DNA from: Chiloscyllium plagiosum
Lineage: Eukaryota
NCBI RefSeq assembly: GCF_004010195.1
Contig: NC_057751.1
Coordinates: 699,836 to 736,262, forward strand
DNA: 36,427 bases
Direction of reading: 5' to 3'
Under the pieces are notes generated by a model. It was not told where the DNA came from. It searched no databases and saw only the letters and a program-made list of their open reading frames with translations. Positions 21,317-32,854 of this stretch are shown piece after piece. Numbering within the stretch: position 1 is the first letter of the stretch; the number at the start of each line of letters is the position of its first letter. The position numbers and the translations under genes are program-made.

Positions 21317-21600
21317 GGATGGCACAGTGGCTCAGTGGTTAGCAATGCTGCCTCACAGCATCTGGGACCCGAGTTTAATTCCATCCTCGGGCTATTGTCT
21401 GTGTGGAGTTTGCACATTCTCCCTGTGTCCGTGAGGGTTTCCTCTGGGTGCTCCGGTTTCCCCCCACAGTCCAAAGATGTGCAGGTTAGGTGGATTGGCC
21501 ATGTAAAATACAGGACTCTGGATGGAATGCTGTTCAGAGGATTAGTGTGAACGCAATGGGCCAAATGGCCTGCTTCCATATGGTAGAGATTCGAGTCTGA
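21317..21600 (+). mobile_element. HE1-type V-SINE
   Basis: ggcacagtggctcagtggttagca head, full V-domain and CR1-like tail. Confidence 0.9.
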
Positions 21601-21649
21601 CAACAAGTCGTCATGTGGGGCCAGACTGAGTGAAAGTAAAAACGTTTTG

Positions 21650-21955
21650 TTCGACGTCAAATTGATCACTTTACAGCCAATGAAATCCTTTGGAGTGTGA
21701 TCTCTGATGTGATATAGAAATGTGGCAGTGTCTGCATGGCAAGATCCCACACAAAGCAAGCAAGTTCATAGCTAGCTAAATCTCTTGCAGCTTGAGGGAT
21801 AAATTTTGACCAAGACATTGAAAAGAATGTGCCTGTATTTCTCTGAACACGAAGTGGGGACTGAAAGGGGGACGATTAGGCCTTAAGTTTAACATCTTCT
21901 TCCAAAGATGGCACCTCTCAGAACACAGCATTCCCTGAGTTTTGCAAAAGGAGGT
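21650..21955 (-). mobile_element. Deu-domain SINE fragment
   Basis: cactttacagccaatgaaatcctttggagtgtga...gagggataaattttgaccaagaca...tttaacatcttcttccaaagatggcacctc, the reversed Deu domain. Confidence 0.7.
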
Positions 21956-21964
21956 ATTAACACT

Positions 21965-22140
21965 ACAAAAATTCACCAAGGTTTCCAGATAGCACCTTCC
22001 AATCACACTACCACTAGAAGGACATAGGCAGCAGGTACATGAAAATACCACCATTTACAATTTCCCCTCTAAGTCACTCACCATCCTTACTTGGAAATAC
22101 ATCACTGTTCCTTTAAAGTCAATGGGTCATAATCCTGAAA
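21965..22140 (+). mobile_element. 3' ORF2 fragment of the CR1/L2-group LINE family also seen at 4300-4370 (-), 24900-25000 (+) and 30352-30450 (-)
   Basis: agcaccttccaa...ctagaaggacataggcagcaggtacatgaaaataccacca...ccatccttacttggaaatacatcactgttcctt. The recurrence in the window is visible; the family assignment is from recall. Confidence 0.55.
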
Positions 22141-22324
22141 CACAAAGAACAAACAACAGTACAGCGCAAGAACAGGCCCTTTGGCCCACCAACTCTGTGC
22201 TAACAATATGACACCTTTCTAAAGTAAAAATCTTTTGCCTCTACATGATCTGTATCCCTCTATTCCCTGTCAGTTCGTGTATCTGTCAGCATACCTCTTA
22301 ATTGTATCTGCTTCGATCATCTTC

Positions 22325-23690
22325 AGGAATGAGATAATGAGAATCCAGACAAAGTATATTCCTGTCAGGGTGAAAGGAAAGGCTGCTAGGTATAGGGAAT
22401 GCTGGACGACTAAAGAAATTGAGGTTTGGTTAAGAAAAAGAAGGAAGCATATGTCAGATATAGACAGGATAGATTGTGTGAATCCTTAGAAGATTATAAA
22501 GGCAGTAGGAGTATACTTAAGAGGGAAATCAGGAGGGCAAAACAGGGATGTGAGATAGCTTTGGAAAATACAATTAAGGAGAATCCAAAGAGATTTTACA
22601 AATACATTAAGGACAAAAGGGTAACGAGGGAGAGCATAGGGCCCCTCAAAGATCAGCAAGCCGGCCTTTGTGTGGAGCCGCAGAAAATGGGGGAGATACT
22701 AAATGAGTATTTTGCATCAGTATTTACTGTGGAAAAGGATATGGAAGATATAGACTGTCGGGAAATAGATGGTGACATCTTGCAAAATGTTCATATTACA
22801 GAGGAGGGAGTGCTGGGTGTCTTGAAACGGTTAAAGATGGATAAATCCCCAGGATCTGATCAGGTGTACCCGAGAACTCTGTGGGAAACTAGAGAAGTGA
22901 TTGCTGGGCCACTTCTCGATAGTCACAGGTGAGGTGCCAGAAGACTGAAGGTTGGCTAATGTGGTGCCACTGTTTAAGAAGGGTGGTAAGGACAAGCCAG
23001 GGAACTAAAGACGTGAGCCTGACGTTGGTGGTGGGCAAGTTGTTGGAGGGAATCCTGAGGGAGAGGATGTACATGTATTTGGAAAGGCAAGGACTGATTA
23101 GGTATACTCAACATGTTGCTGAACAAAGAGACCTTGGAGCGCAGGTTCATAGCTCCTTCAACGTGGAGTCGCAGGTAGATAGGATAGTGAAGGCAGCGTT
23201 TGGTATGCTTTCCTTTATTGGTCAGAGTATTGAGTACAGGCGTTGGGAGGTCATGTTGCGGTTGTACAGGACATTGGTTCAGCCACATTGGAGGCTGAGG
23301 GGTGACCTTATAGAGGTTTACAAGACTATGAGGGGCATGGATAGGATAAATAGGCAAAGTCTTTTCCCTGGGATTGGGGAGTCCAGAACTAGAGGGCATA
23401 GGTTTAGGGTGAGAGGGGAAAGATTTAAAAGAGACCTAAGGGGCAACTTTTTCACACAGAGAGTGGGACGGGTATGGAAAAAAGAGCTGCCAGAGGATGC
23501 GGTGGAGGCTGGTACAAATTGCAACATTTAAGAGGCATCTGGATGGGTATATGAATAGGAAGGGTTTAGAGGGATATGGGCCGAGTGTGGCAGCTGGGAC
23601 TAGATTGGGTTGGGATAGCTGGTCGGCCTGGACGGGTTGGATCAAAGGGTCTGTTTCCATCGTGTACATCTCTACGACTCTATCTCCTCT
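22325..23690 (+). mobile_element. CR1 LINE ORF2 with large internal deletions, running to the 3' tail
   Basis: ORFs 22426 (IKENPKRFYKYIK...EILNEYFASVFT...DKSPGSDQVYPR) and 22929 (VSLT.VVGKLLEGIL, then a jump to QRDLG.QVH, then a jump to RLRGDLIEVYK). Tail ctctacgactctat. Confidence 0.95.
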
Positions 23691-23699
23691 CTGAGTACA

Positions 23700-24540
23700 T
23701 TCTATGCACTTAACCAACCTGTATAAAAAACCTTACATTTCATATCTCCATTAAACTTGCCTCTTTTACCTTAAACCTGTGTCCCCTAGTAACTGACATT
23801 TCTACTCTTGGGAAAAAAAAGACTCTGATTATCCATTCTATCCATGCCTCTATAATTTTGTAAATTTCTATCAGGTCACTCCTCAGCTTGAAGTGTTCAA
23901 GTGAAAACAAACCCAGTTTGTTCAATCTCTCCTCATAGCTAATACCATCCAAACCAGGCAATATTTGGTAATTCCAAAACCAGGTAAACTAAGCCTGGAC
24001 CTTCTCCAAAGCCTCCACATCCTCCTGGTAGTGTGGCAACTGGAAGTGTATGCAATATTCCAATTTTGGCCTGACTAAAGTTCTATACAAGTGCAACGCA
24101 ATTTGCCCATTTTTATACTCTGTGCCCCAATCTTGCCATGCTACCCTTAATTTTCATGGGAGCATACTAGTCCTGAACTGTAATGAACTGGTCTTTACAA
24201 GATTTTTACACAAAATGTGGATTTTTCCTCAAACAGCCACCCTCAATCTTATTGAATTGGGATCCCTGTTCACATAATGGTACCCCACTGAAACTTTGAT
24301 TACCTGGCTAGCTCATTCCCCAGTGCCAGGTCTAGTTTGGCTCTTCTGTAGTTGGACTATTTACGTATTAATTCAAGAAACCCTCATGGACGTGCCTAAC
24401 AAATTCCGCCCAGTCCAAGCCCCTGGCATTAAGGGAGTCCCAGTTAACACACAGGAGATCAAAATCACCCACAATAACCACGTTGCTTTTCCACGTATCA
24501 GCTCCTCTGTCACCCGGTGGCTGTTAGGAGGCTGGCGCTC
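23700..24540 (-). mobile_element. Decayed CR1 fragments (RT C-terminus 23700-24130; APE region 24130-24540)
   Basis: Minus ORF PGLDGISYEERLNKLGLFSLE...RSDLIEIYKII. Reversed GDF..../FL.QYV.SPT...AKLDL motifs near 24330-24470. Confidence 0.8.
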
Positions 24541-25116
24541 TTATCAATGAAATAAATTTACAGCTAACTCTAGTGTTAGATCCTTACCAAAGAATAATGC
24601 ACACCAAATACATTACTTGAGAAACAACTTGATAACTACTTATCCACAAGCCTAAATCTCACTATTCTAAAACATTACATGTTTGAAAAAGTTAATGGCA
24701 ATTGTAAGTAAGAAAAAACAAATCACCTGACAATTACTTATCAATCAGGTCTGTCCAAAGGTTTGTGATGTGACAAAGTGCAGCTGCCATGATAGCCCCC
24801 AGGTTATGCATCAAGCAGTTATGGTGACTGTGCTGACTTCTCCCCTGAATCTTCCTTGGTCACTTCTTATCAGTGCCCTGCCTTAATTCTGAGTCTGCCT
24901 ACAGCACATGGACTGCAGCTCCACCTTCTCAAGGCAACTGGGAATGCACAATTAATCCTGGACCAGCCAATAATGCCCACATCCCATTAATAAATAATAA
25001 AAAGCATGGTACAGCTCAGGAAGGAGGCCATTCAGGCCATCAAGTTTGTCCTTGTTGTTTCAACAAGAAAGCAGTTTCATGATCTGTTAGAATTTTAAAC
25101 ACCTCCATTCCACTGC

Positions 25117-25433
25117 CACGGTGGCTCAGTAGTTAGCACTCCTGCCTCACAGTGCTAAGGACCCGGGTTCGATTCCAGCCTCAGGCGACTGTCTGTGTGG
25201 AGTTTCCACATTCTACCAGCGTGTGGATGGGTTTCCTCCCACAATCCAAAGATGTGCACGTTAGGATGGGTTGGCCATGCTAAATTGCCCATAGTGTTCA
25301 GGGATGTAGGTTAGGTGGATTAGTCAGGGTGGATGGTTAGGTGGATTAGTCAGGTTAGGGGTAAATTGGTCTAGGTGGGTGCTCTTCAGAAGGTTGGTGT
25401 AGGCCAAATGGCCTGCTTGCACACTGTAAAAAA
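25117..25433 (+). mobile_element. HE1-type V-SINE (first of a head-to-tail pair)
   Basis: cacggtggctcagtagttagcact...gggttcgattcc. Internal duplication of ggttaggtggattagtcagg. Ends cacactgtaaaaaa. Confidence 0.9.
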
Positions 25434-25750
25434 GGGGGTGGCACAGTGACTCAGTGGTTAGCACTACTGCCTCACAACGCCAGGGACCCAGGTTCAATTG
25501 CAGCCTTGTGTGACTGTGGGGAGTTAGCACATTCTCCCCGTGTCTGCATGGGCTTCCTCCCACAATCCAAAGTTGTGCAGATTTGGTGAATTGGCTGTGC
25601 TAAATTGCCCACAGTGTTCAGGGATGTGTAGGTTAGGTGCATGAGTCAGGGGTAAATATAGGGGAATGGGTTTGGGTGGGATACTCTTTGGAGGGTCAGT
25701 GTGGACCTGTTGGGCCGAAGGCCTGTTTTCACACTGTAGGGATTCTAATT
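25434..25750 (+). mobile_element. HE1-type V-SINE (second of the pair)
   Basis: gggtggcacagtgactcagtggttagcact...ttgggccgaaggcctgttttcacactgtagggattcta. Confidence 0.9.
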
Positions 25751-26334
25751 TCTTTCTCAGTCTGCTCTAAGGAGATCAAGCCCAGTTTCCCACTTTTTCT
25801 ATTCAGTTCCTTGAGTATGTTCAGCTAATCAGTTCGATCAGAAACCCACATGCAAGAGACTTGGACTGTGTTGGCCTTTACATGAAGGAGCCTTTGATGG
25901 TTATTATGAAAGTAATCAAGACCAACCGAGTGAGGTATAATTTGGCCAGTGATTGGAAGGAGCCAAGTGCAGTATCAGAACCTGTGGTTTAAGTCCTTGT
26001 CCTGGAAACAACATCCCATCAGCAGAGATATTTGATCTATCCCAACTCTTAATGCTTTTCTGCACATGAGTCAAGTGTAGGCAATTCTACCTCAGTGGAT
26101 GGAGAATCCCAAATCACAGCCTCAGCTTCCATTTCATTTGGATTCTGATCAACATATTCACATCATACTCAGCTTGTGGAGAAAACTAGATCAGGCTGCT
26201 TTAGATTATAGTAGGCTTTTGTACTAGAGTTGTACTCTTCCCGGAGTAGGTCATGTAAGCTGAGAATAGAACTGTCATGATTAACATCTCAAACAGCTTG
26301 ATTCGATCACTCCTCAACTAATATGTCCAGCCTG

Positions 26335-26531
26335 AAAATGTGTTGCTGGAAAAGCGCAGCAGGTCAGGCAGCATCCAGGGAACAGGAGAATCGACGTTTC
26401 GGGCATAAGCCCTTCTTCAGAAGAAGGGCTTATGCCCGAAACGTCGATTCTCCTGTTCCCTGGATGCTGCGCTTTTCCAGCAACACATTTTCAGCTCTGA
26501 TCTCCAGCATCTGCAGACCTCACTTTCTCCT
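26335..26531. mobile_element. Palindromic PLE-derived element (two head-to-head pLTR ends with hammerhead cores), TSD-flanked
   Basis: Perfect 51-bp inverted arms 26368-26418 and 26420-26470 around a 1-nt centre. The minus strand has CTGAAGA-AGGGCTTATGCCC-GAAA-CGTC. Direct repeat ctaatatgtccagcctg at 26318-26334 and 26532-26548. Confidence 0.88.
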
Positions 26532-28368
26532 CTAATATGTCCAGCCTGCCAACCCTGGGGACACAAAAACATTTGAATCATATGCACAGAAGCAAGCAGT
26601 TGTGCCCATCCAGTTTGAGCCAGCTCTTCTGCCCGTCTAATCCAGTTTCTTTGTTCTCTTATTTATCAGTGGATTTCTTCAGTTTCAGAATCCAAAGCGA
26701 CAAAAGTATCTTTGGCGCAGGTCTGGTGAGCAGGGTCATGAGTGTTTCTTCTAAACTTGGCAAAAGGCAGGATGACAGAAGCTCTGGTGATGAAGTGCTC
26801 TCGCACAAAGCATATTTCAGATGTCTCCTTCACTCCATCTCCTGGCTTAGCAGCTAGCTGTCTTCATCTTGACAGCTGCTCTGTACATGTTACCGGAGCC
26901 TTTTGGAAATGGATTGCCTGCTAATTGATTTGTGATACAGCAAATTACTCAAGAACTTTGATAAGACAACCTTGCTCGCCAGTTCAATGTTTTAATGTAG
27001 GTGCCCATTAATCACTGGCTGAAACATTAGCAGCTGATACACTTGAGTCCGTAACTTTTCTCTCCCTTCGCTACTTTGCATTGATTTTCCGTCATCCTGA
27101 CTGGATCAGACATCAGCTGGAGTTCATTAAAATTTTAATCATCAATGACTCACAACGCTCCGATACTGTCAGCTTCCTTGTCCAACACATTACCATTTCA
27201 CAAAGGTCTCCGGATTAGAATTCAAATCCACCCCTGGTCTCACTTGCCTCTCCATAAGCCCTATCAATCTGATTTTCTCCTCGACCTAAAGGAGAATGAT
27301 CCCAGATTCCTCAGCCTCTCCATGTAACTGAAGACCATAATTCTTGTGAGAAAATTCAAGTTCATCTCCTTCGCATCTTCTCCAAGGACCTGACATTTCT
27401 AAAGTGTGCTGCCAAGAATTGGACTTGGCCAACTCATGAGCTGACCAGTGATTTACAAAGGCTGTGCTTGCCTTTAGTGGATACAATTAAAACAGTTTTC
27501 TCAAGCTATCCCAACAGCTTTACAAAGTTACTGTTTATATATGCAGGAAGTTGGAAGCAAGGAAAACTGATCAGACTGGATAGGCTGAATGCTAGGCCAT
27601 GATCAGAACTGCCAACAAATAGTCAAAGATCCTGACACCCAATGACCCTTTCTTCACAAGATGATTTTGTTTGTTTACTGAATGCAAGGATTTGAGCAGC
27701 CTGACTTGAGCTGTTTCATTACCCAGAGCCTTCATTTAATTAAGCAAAGGGAAAGTCATGGGCCCAAAGCCAGCTCTGGAGATCAGAACTTGTCAGCATC
27801 CCTCCCGAGCCCTCTCATGGAAAGTTAATAATCTTAAAAACAGAAACACTCCTCTCTCCTTCAAAGGATGGAAGGTTAAATATAAATCTGGTTGAGGCAT
27901 TAAGGGGGCAAGGTGGAGTTCAGCATCAAAACAAGCCCTGCTGGCTCACGCTCAAGAGATTTGTGACTAAGCAGCTGAACAAGGCTTGAAGTGAAGCAAG
28001 ATCGCCTTCAAATTAGTGTTTCTGTGCACGTCAGACACTTGCACTTTGAAAACATTTCTTTGCCTCATTTAAGCTGGGCCTGCATCTCAATTATTGCTGT
28101 TGGTATCAGGCAGGAGTAACACCAGCTCTGTTTAGTCAACTGGGAAAATGTAAGCTTGTCATAATAAAGACCTTGTGCCAAAAATAACCATTTCCACGAA
28201 GTGGGGAAACAAATAGCAGCAGTGACTGTCTCTATGAGATCAAATTGACCTGACTGTAAACTCAGTGTAGATCTGAGATCAGAGGTCATCGAGTAACTGA
28301 TCATGTGCTGTAAGATTCTAATGGAAAGGACTGACATCAGTCTGACCTAAAATATCATTCACTGAGAG

Positions 28369-28596
28369 CTATAGGCGAGAGGGCTGGTAGAGAGAGCCTT
28401 CTGAGACGATTTGCATCTTTCTAACTTTGGCCGCTTGAAAATCCCTGACTTCATTCATCCTTCCAGTTGTTTTCATGCCTTCAGCTGCTATTGCAGTGGG
28501 CTCAGTGTGATTGACATGCAGTGCTGATATCAATCCTGCTTCTACTGTTTTAATATAACTCATGAACAAGTTGATTAACCTTTCGATTGATAGCTC
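28369..28596 (-). CDS. Candidate terminal coding exon of an unidentified - strand gene (ELSIERLINLFMSYIKTVEAGLISALHVNHTEPTAIAAEGMKTTGRMNEVRDFQAAKVRKMQIVSEGSLYQPSRL*)
   Basis: Minus-strand acceptor catttcctttatgatattatcgcttAG immediately opens a 75-codon phase-0 frame ending in TAG. No TE similarity recognised. Followed by about 1.8 kb of TE-poor, 3'-UTR-like sequence. Confidence 0.5.
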   Translation of the reverse strand, partial: ELSIERLINLFMSYIKTVEAGLISALHVNHTEPTAIAAEGMKTTGRMNEVRDFQAAKVRKMQIVSEGSLYQPSRL

Positions 28597-28639
28597 CTAA
28601 GCGATAATATCATAAAGGAAATGTACAAGTTTAAATTAA

Positions 28640-29445
28640 GACTTCATTTTTTGGTGAGTGGAGGGTGTGAGGTCACACTCCACTCCCCATCTGGTGCCCT
28701 CTGGTCTTGGTATTCCTGAAGTGTACCATTGGGCTTGGCGCACTCCCCCTCTAAGGGTGCCTGGGCACAGATATAACCATGGACATCTGTCAGGCAGTTG
28801 ACTGTGTACAACAGCTCCCTTCACAGCATACTGCCTGGACCTGTTAAGGAATAGCTTGGTCAGGCCATGAAGAGGACCATTCCATTTCCCTACCCACTCC
28901 ACATGATGTGTCTAAAGATCAGGACCAGGAGGCTTAAGAGCACCAGAGATTTAGAAGGACTCCTGTTAAATATTGAAGAAATGACTTAAGGTGACTGGCT
29001 CCTTGAGGCCTTAAAAATGTCAGGCCTTAATCAAGAGTTGCACAGAGCCGCTGGAGACCAGATCCCTAATGGTAAGGGTGAGGACACCCAGATAGAGCAC
29101 TTTCCACCGGGGACTTCCACCATGACTAGACAGCACATGGATGCCACAGTGTATCTGGAGAGCGTACCAAGGTAAGGAAGTGAAGGGCGCATGAGTGGAC
29201 TGGAAACCCCCCCATGCCAAACAGAAGGGCACAGATGGAGATTCTTCGAGCTGGTTCAAACTGTGTCATGGCTCCCGAAGGAAGGCTTCAGTGCCCAAGG
29301 CCAATGGTAAATTCTATCTGAACAGGGGTCAGTTCAATAAAAGCCCACGGACATCTCAGTTGTCTCAACACCATGAGTATCCTCGGGGCAAGCACCACTG
29401 TCTTGAGCCTCTGAATGTCTTTGGCCACGGCACTGTACACTGACC
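28640..29445 (-). mobile_element. Decayed Tx1-clade (L1-group) LINE ORF2 C-terminal fragment
   Basis: Minus ORFs PRWKVLYLGVLTLTIRDL and GLTKLFLNRSRQYAVKG...RWGVEC resemble the Tx1 ORF2 end (W..LY.G.L....GDL.WR; GLAK.AI.RSRQ; W...G.EC). Confidence 0.65.
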
Positions 29446-29529
29446 GACACACCAGCCACCCTGCTTTACATTTCATGCCAACAACAAGTTACCATTTAGA
29501 TTTGTACAAAATAAATATTTACACTTGCT

Positions 29530-30160
29530 TACCCAACAACTGTGCTCTCTCAGTCCAAGATCATCCTCACCCTTCTCTGCACTGAACTTGATCAACATCT
29601 ATCTGTCCACTCCACCAAGATATCAATGTCCTTCAGAAGTTCAACACTGCTCTTCTCATTATTTACAATTTTCCTGGGTTCACTGCCTTTGAATTTGTCC
29701 CCAACACACCAATATCTGGATCATTTATGTATATCAGGAAATTTACAGTTCCCAAAAACCTGGGGAATTCCAATAGAAACTCCCTCTAGCTCCAGAAACA
29801 CCACTTTAGCATAATTCTGTGTCCCATACCACAGTTAATTTTGTATCCATATTGCTACTGTTTCTTTTATTCCACCTCCTATAACTTTCTTCATTGCAAT
29901 GCAGCACAGTATTGAACACCTGCTGGAAGGCCAGATCAACAGCCTTCCCCTCTGATACCACTTCCAAAAATTCCAGCAAATTCATAAGGAACTACTTTAG
30001 CTTAACAAATCCTTCCAGACTCTTCTGAATCAACCCACAATTTTTCATGTGACTGTTCATTCTACACCAATTTATTCTTGAAGTTTATCCACAATTAAGG
30101 TCAAACTGAGTGGACTGTATTTGCTGTCTGACCTTTACAACCTTTGCTGAACAAGAAATA
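29530..30160 (-). mobile_element. Highly decayed CR1 ORF2 fragments
   Basis: Reversed DKFKGS..GKIVN, WFLELEG.SIG.PQ and YSPLSLT.IVDKL motifs. Confidence 0.5.
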
Positions 30161-30265
30161 CATCACCAGGGTATACCGTCTTTCAGAGGGCTCATGGAAA
30201 AGTATTGCCACAGGTTCAAAAGCAGACCAACACCTGACTGAAGTCACTAAGTCCGAGGGAAACTG

Positions 30266-30752
30266 CTGGCATCATAGTAATGCCACTAGACTAGTTAATC
30301 CAAACCCCAGATTAATGTTCTGGAGACACAAATTGTAATCCCATTTTTAAAAAATTCATTTGTGGAATGTGGGCGTTGCTGGCTGGACCAAAAGTTATTA
30401 TCCTTGAGTTGTCCTTCTTCTTCCACTGCAGTCCACAGTTAACCCACAATGCCTTGAGGGAGAGAAATCCAAGATTTTGACCCAGCCACCCAGCATGGCA
30501 CATGATGAAGTTTGAATTCATTTCAAAATTTGCAAGAGAAAGTTAACCTGATTGGCACCATGCAGCCACTGTCAGTTGTTGTGGAAATCCATCTGGTTCA
30601 CTCAAGTCCTTTAGTGAAGGAAATCTGCCAGTTTTACTTGGTCAGGCCTACATGTGACTCCAGACCCACAACAACATGGATCTACCCTCATCTTATCTAC
30701 TCTCTGGGCAATAAATTCTGACCTAGCCAGCAACAGTCATATCCCGTGAATA
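30266..30752 (+). mobile_element. tRNA-derived SINE (11272 family) with a nested opposite-strand LINE-tail fragment at about 30352-30510
   Basis: ccatctggttcactcaagtcctttagtgaaggaaatctgcc...ggcctacatgtgactccagacccacaacaa...gggcaataaattctgacctagccagc. Confidence 0.7.
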
Positions 30753-31549
30753 AATCACACAAAAGCAGGAGACTCGGAACCTTGGTAGTGACTTACTGCT
30801 TGCCTCGTGTCCCAGAAGAAGACATGTCATCTCTGGCTCCTGACAGTTTCCCTGATTGCCTGACTGGCTGGCTGACTTGGTGGAAGACTTACTGCATTGG
30901 GTGTAGCTCTTCACCCAATGCTTCTGTGATCAGGTCACAGGAGCCACAGACGCATTCTTACATCAGTGATGGTCAGCCACGCTGATGGTGAAGATATTGT
31001 TGTCACCCCTTGTTTCATTCTAAATTAATTATGAAGGAGGTGTGGAGACCACAGATATAACGTTATAAGGGCTCGCTTCCAATACAGAGAGGGAGAGATC
31101 AAATTAAGCACAGGCTGGGTGTAGGTATTGTATCAATCTCCAGTGTGTGGTCTTCCCCTGTTGGCAGAGTGGGGACCACTCTTCAATAGACACAGCAAAA
31201 GAAACAGAAACACACTCCTTCATAACCTTCCAATGGTCAATTGTTTCAGCTGTTCCTGGATATGGAAAGTGGGAAGTCAGGATCTTCAATGGAACTCAGC
31301 AGGTCAGGATTTTCTTCAAATGGCAGCTCACACCCTCAAACATCTACCCCTACCCTAGGATCTTGTAGTTCATTTCTCAGCCCCCCCATTTCAGATGGGA
31401 GCAGCAGCCAATAAAATCAATGGAACCAAAAATGAAGTCCACAAAGCATCCACCACTCCAAATTCAATCTCTCTCTTTCTCTCTCTCTCTGGACTCAGCA
31501 GCAGCAAAGGCAATAGTAGCTCTCAAGATGATACATTCCTTAGTCCTTC

Positions 31550-32082
31550 AGTAGTGACTGGAACCAGGGTCAGGTGGATCTTACTGAATGTGAGACACTT
31601 GATTGGGTTTGTTAACCTGGACCAATCAGGGAGCCCAGTCTGACAGATATAAACAGGATATACTCTCCCTCCAACTCTATTTTGATTTAATCCCTGCCCT
31701 CCCCTTCACTGTTTTTGATCACACAGCATTGCCCTTTGATGTGAAGGGCAGTGTTTGTCACTGGCCACCCGGGTGTTTTCCTATCTTCCTGCTGGTGGAA
31801 TTTGAATAAAGATTCGTGCACTTTGTGTCTCACACCTGCACACACACACCATGGGTGCTGGGGATAAAATAAGCACTACCGCACTTAGGCGGTAGTGTGG
31901 GGGTTTAAAAAAAAAAATTAACAGAGGCCTCCCCCTCCAACTCTATATATAAAAAAATAAACAGGAGATTCAGAAGGTCTCTTCAGTCGAGGGACTGGCT
32001 TTGAGCTAGCTGGTCACAGCCCATGTACAGTGCACATGTAAATAAGGGTGAGTTGGTGACAGGATACTGGTACAGTTATTTC
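31550..32082 (+). mobile_element. Solo-LTR-like repeat (related to 15788-16023) interrupted at 31659-31956
   Basis: Shared blocks gtagtga, gttaacctg.accaatcagggagcc, cacatgtaaataa.ggtga.ttg.tga...gatactgg, agttatttc. Confidence 0.6.
31659..31956 (+). mobile_element. 5'-truncated polyadenylated LINE 3' end (probably Tx1 clade) with a 10-bp TSD
   Basis: TSD ataaacagga at 31649-31658 and 31957-31966. Starts with an ORF end PSNSILI*. AATAAA near 31805, terminal hairpin 31874-31897, A11 run at 31907-31917. Confidence 0.7.
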
Positions 32083-32854
32083 CCCTTTCCTCTCTCCTTC
32101 AAATCTAACAATAGTCAAAGGAGGTAGCAGCCCAGCAGAAAACAGCAATTAAAACAAAACTCACTCATCACTTCTTATAGCAGCTCCTCCCGAAGCTGAG
32201 ATTCCTAGCCAGCAAGCAGTCAAGCATCAAAGTCCCTTTCTCTTCCCCCTGCAGTCAGTCAGCCAGCTAGTCAATAATCTGTATGTCAGCCAACCCGTGG
32301 TCCGATAAGGCTGAGAAGCAACCTTGCTCTCTTCTCTTCCCACAGCAGTAAGCAGAAAAAACAGACCCACAGGACAAAATTGTGCATTCAATCCTCCTTT
32401 CAACACTGAGTTTAAGAGCCTGTCTCATTATTACTGGTCAAGTAGAGGCCACTGGTGAGGCTTCATGGGAAGAGAGGTTTGTCTTATGTAAATATAAGTA
32501 GTTTATTGCATGATAGTAATTGGGCACAAATTACACTGACTATTTTGACATAATTTCTTAAAATTGTCAGGAGCCAAAGATGATACACAGTATTTGTCTC
32601 CATCTTGTGCTATACTGTCTGACTCACCATCAAAATACTTTGTCAAGTTGGGTGCAGCTTAGTGCAACTTTGACATGGACTCTTTCAGAAATATTACTTG
32701 ATACAACAGCTGCCTGGATCTGAATTCTAGAATTTCCTTCTGATTAACCCTGCTCCATACTTTTCTCATCTCCTCTGAAATAGTTTGTGAAATCTATCTC
32801 TTTGAGCAAGCTTTTGTTCACCTGAACTTCTCTTGCCTTCACTGGTTTAGTGAT

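Noticed and set aside
21106..21759. 217-aa minus ORF
   Set aside because: It reads through an antisense HE1 SINE and part of a Deu-SINE.
26668..26920. Minus frame with a single in-frame TGA (possible selenocysteine or readthrough exon)
   Set aside because: No resemblance to selenoprotein motifs I know, a weak acceptor and no SECIS identified. More likely 3' UTR or intergenic sequence.
30790..31020. Several minus-strand GTAAG donors suggesting extra exons of the - gene
   Set aside because: No convincing acceptor and frame combination links them to both neighbouring candidate exons.
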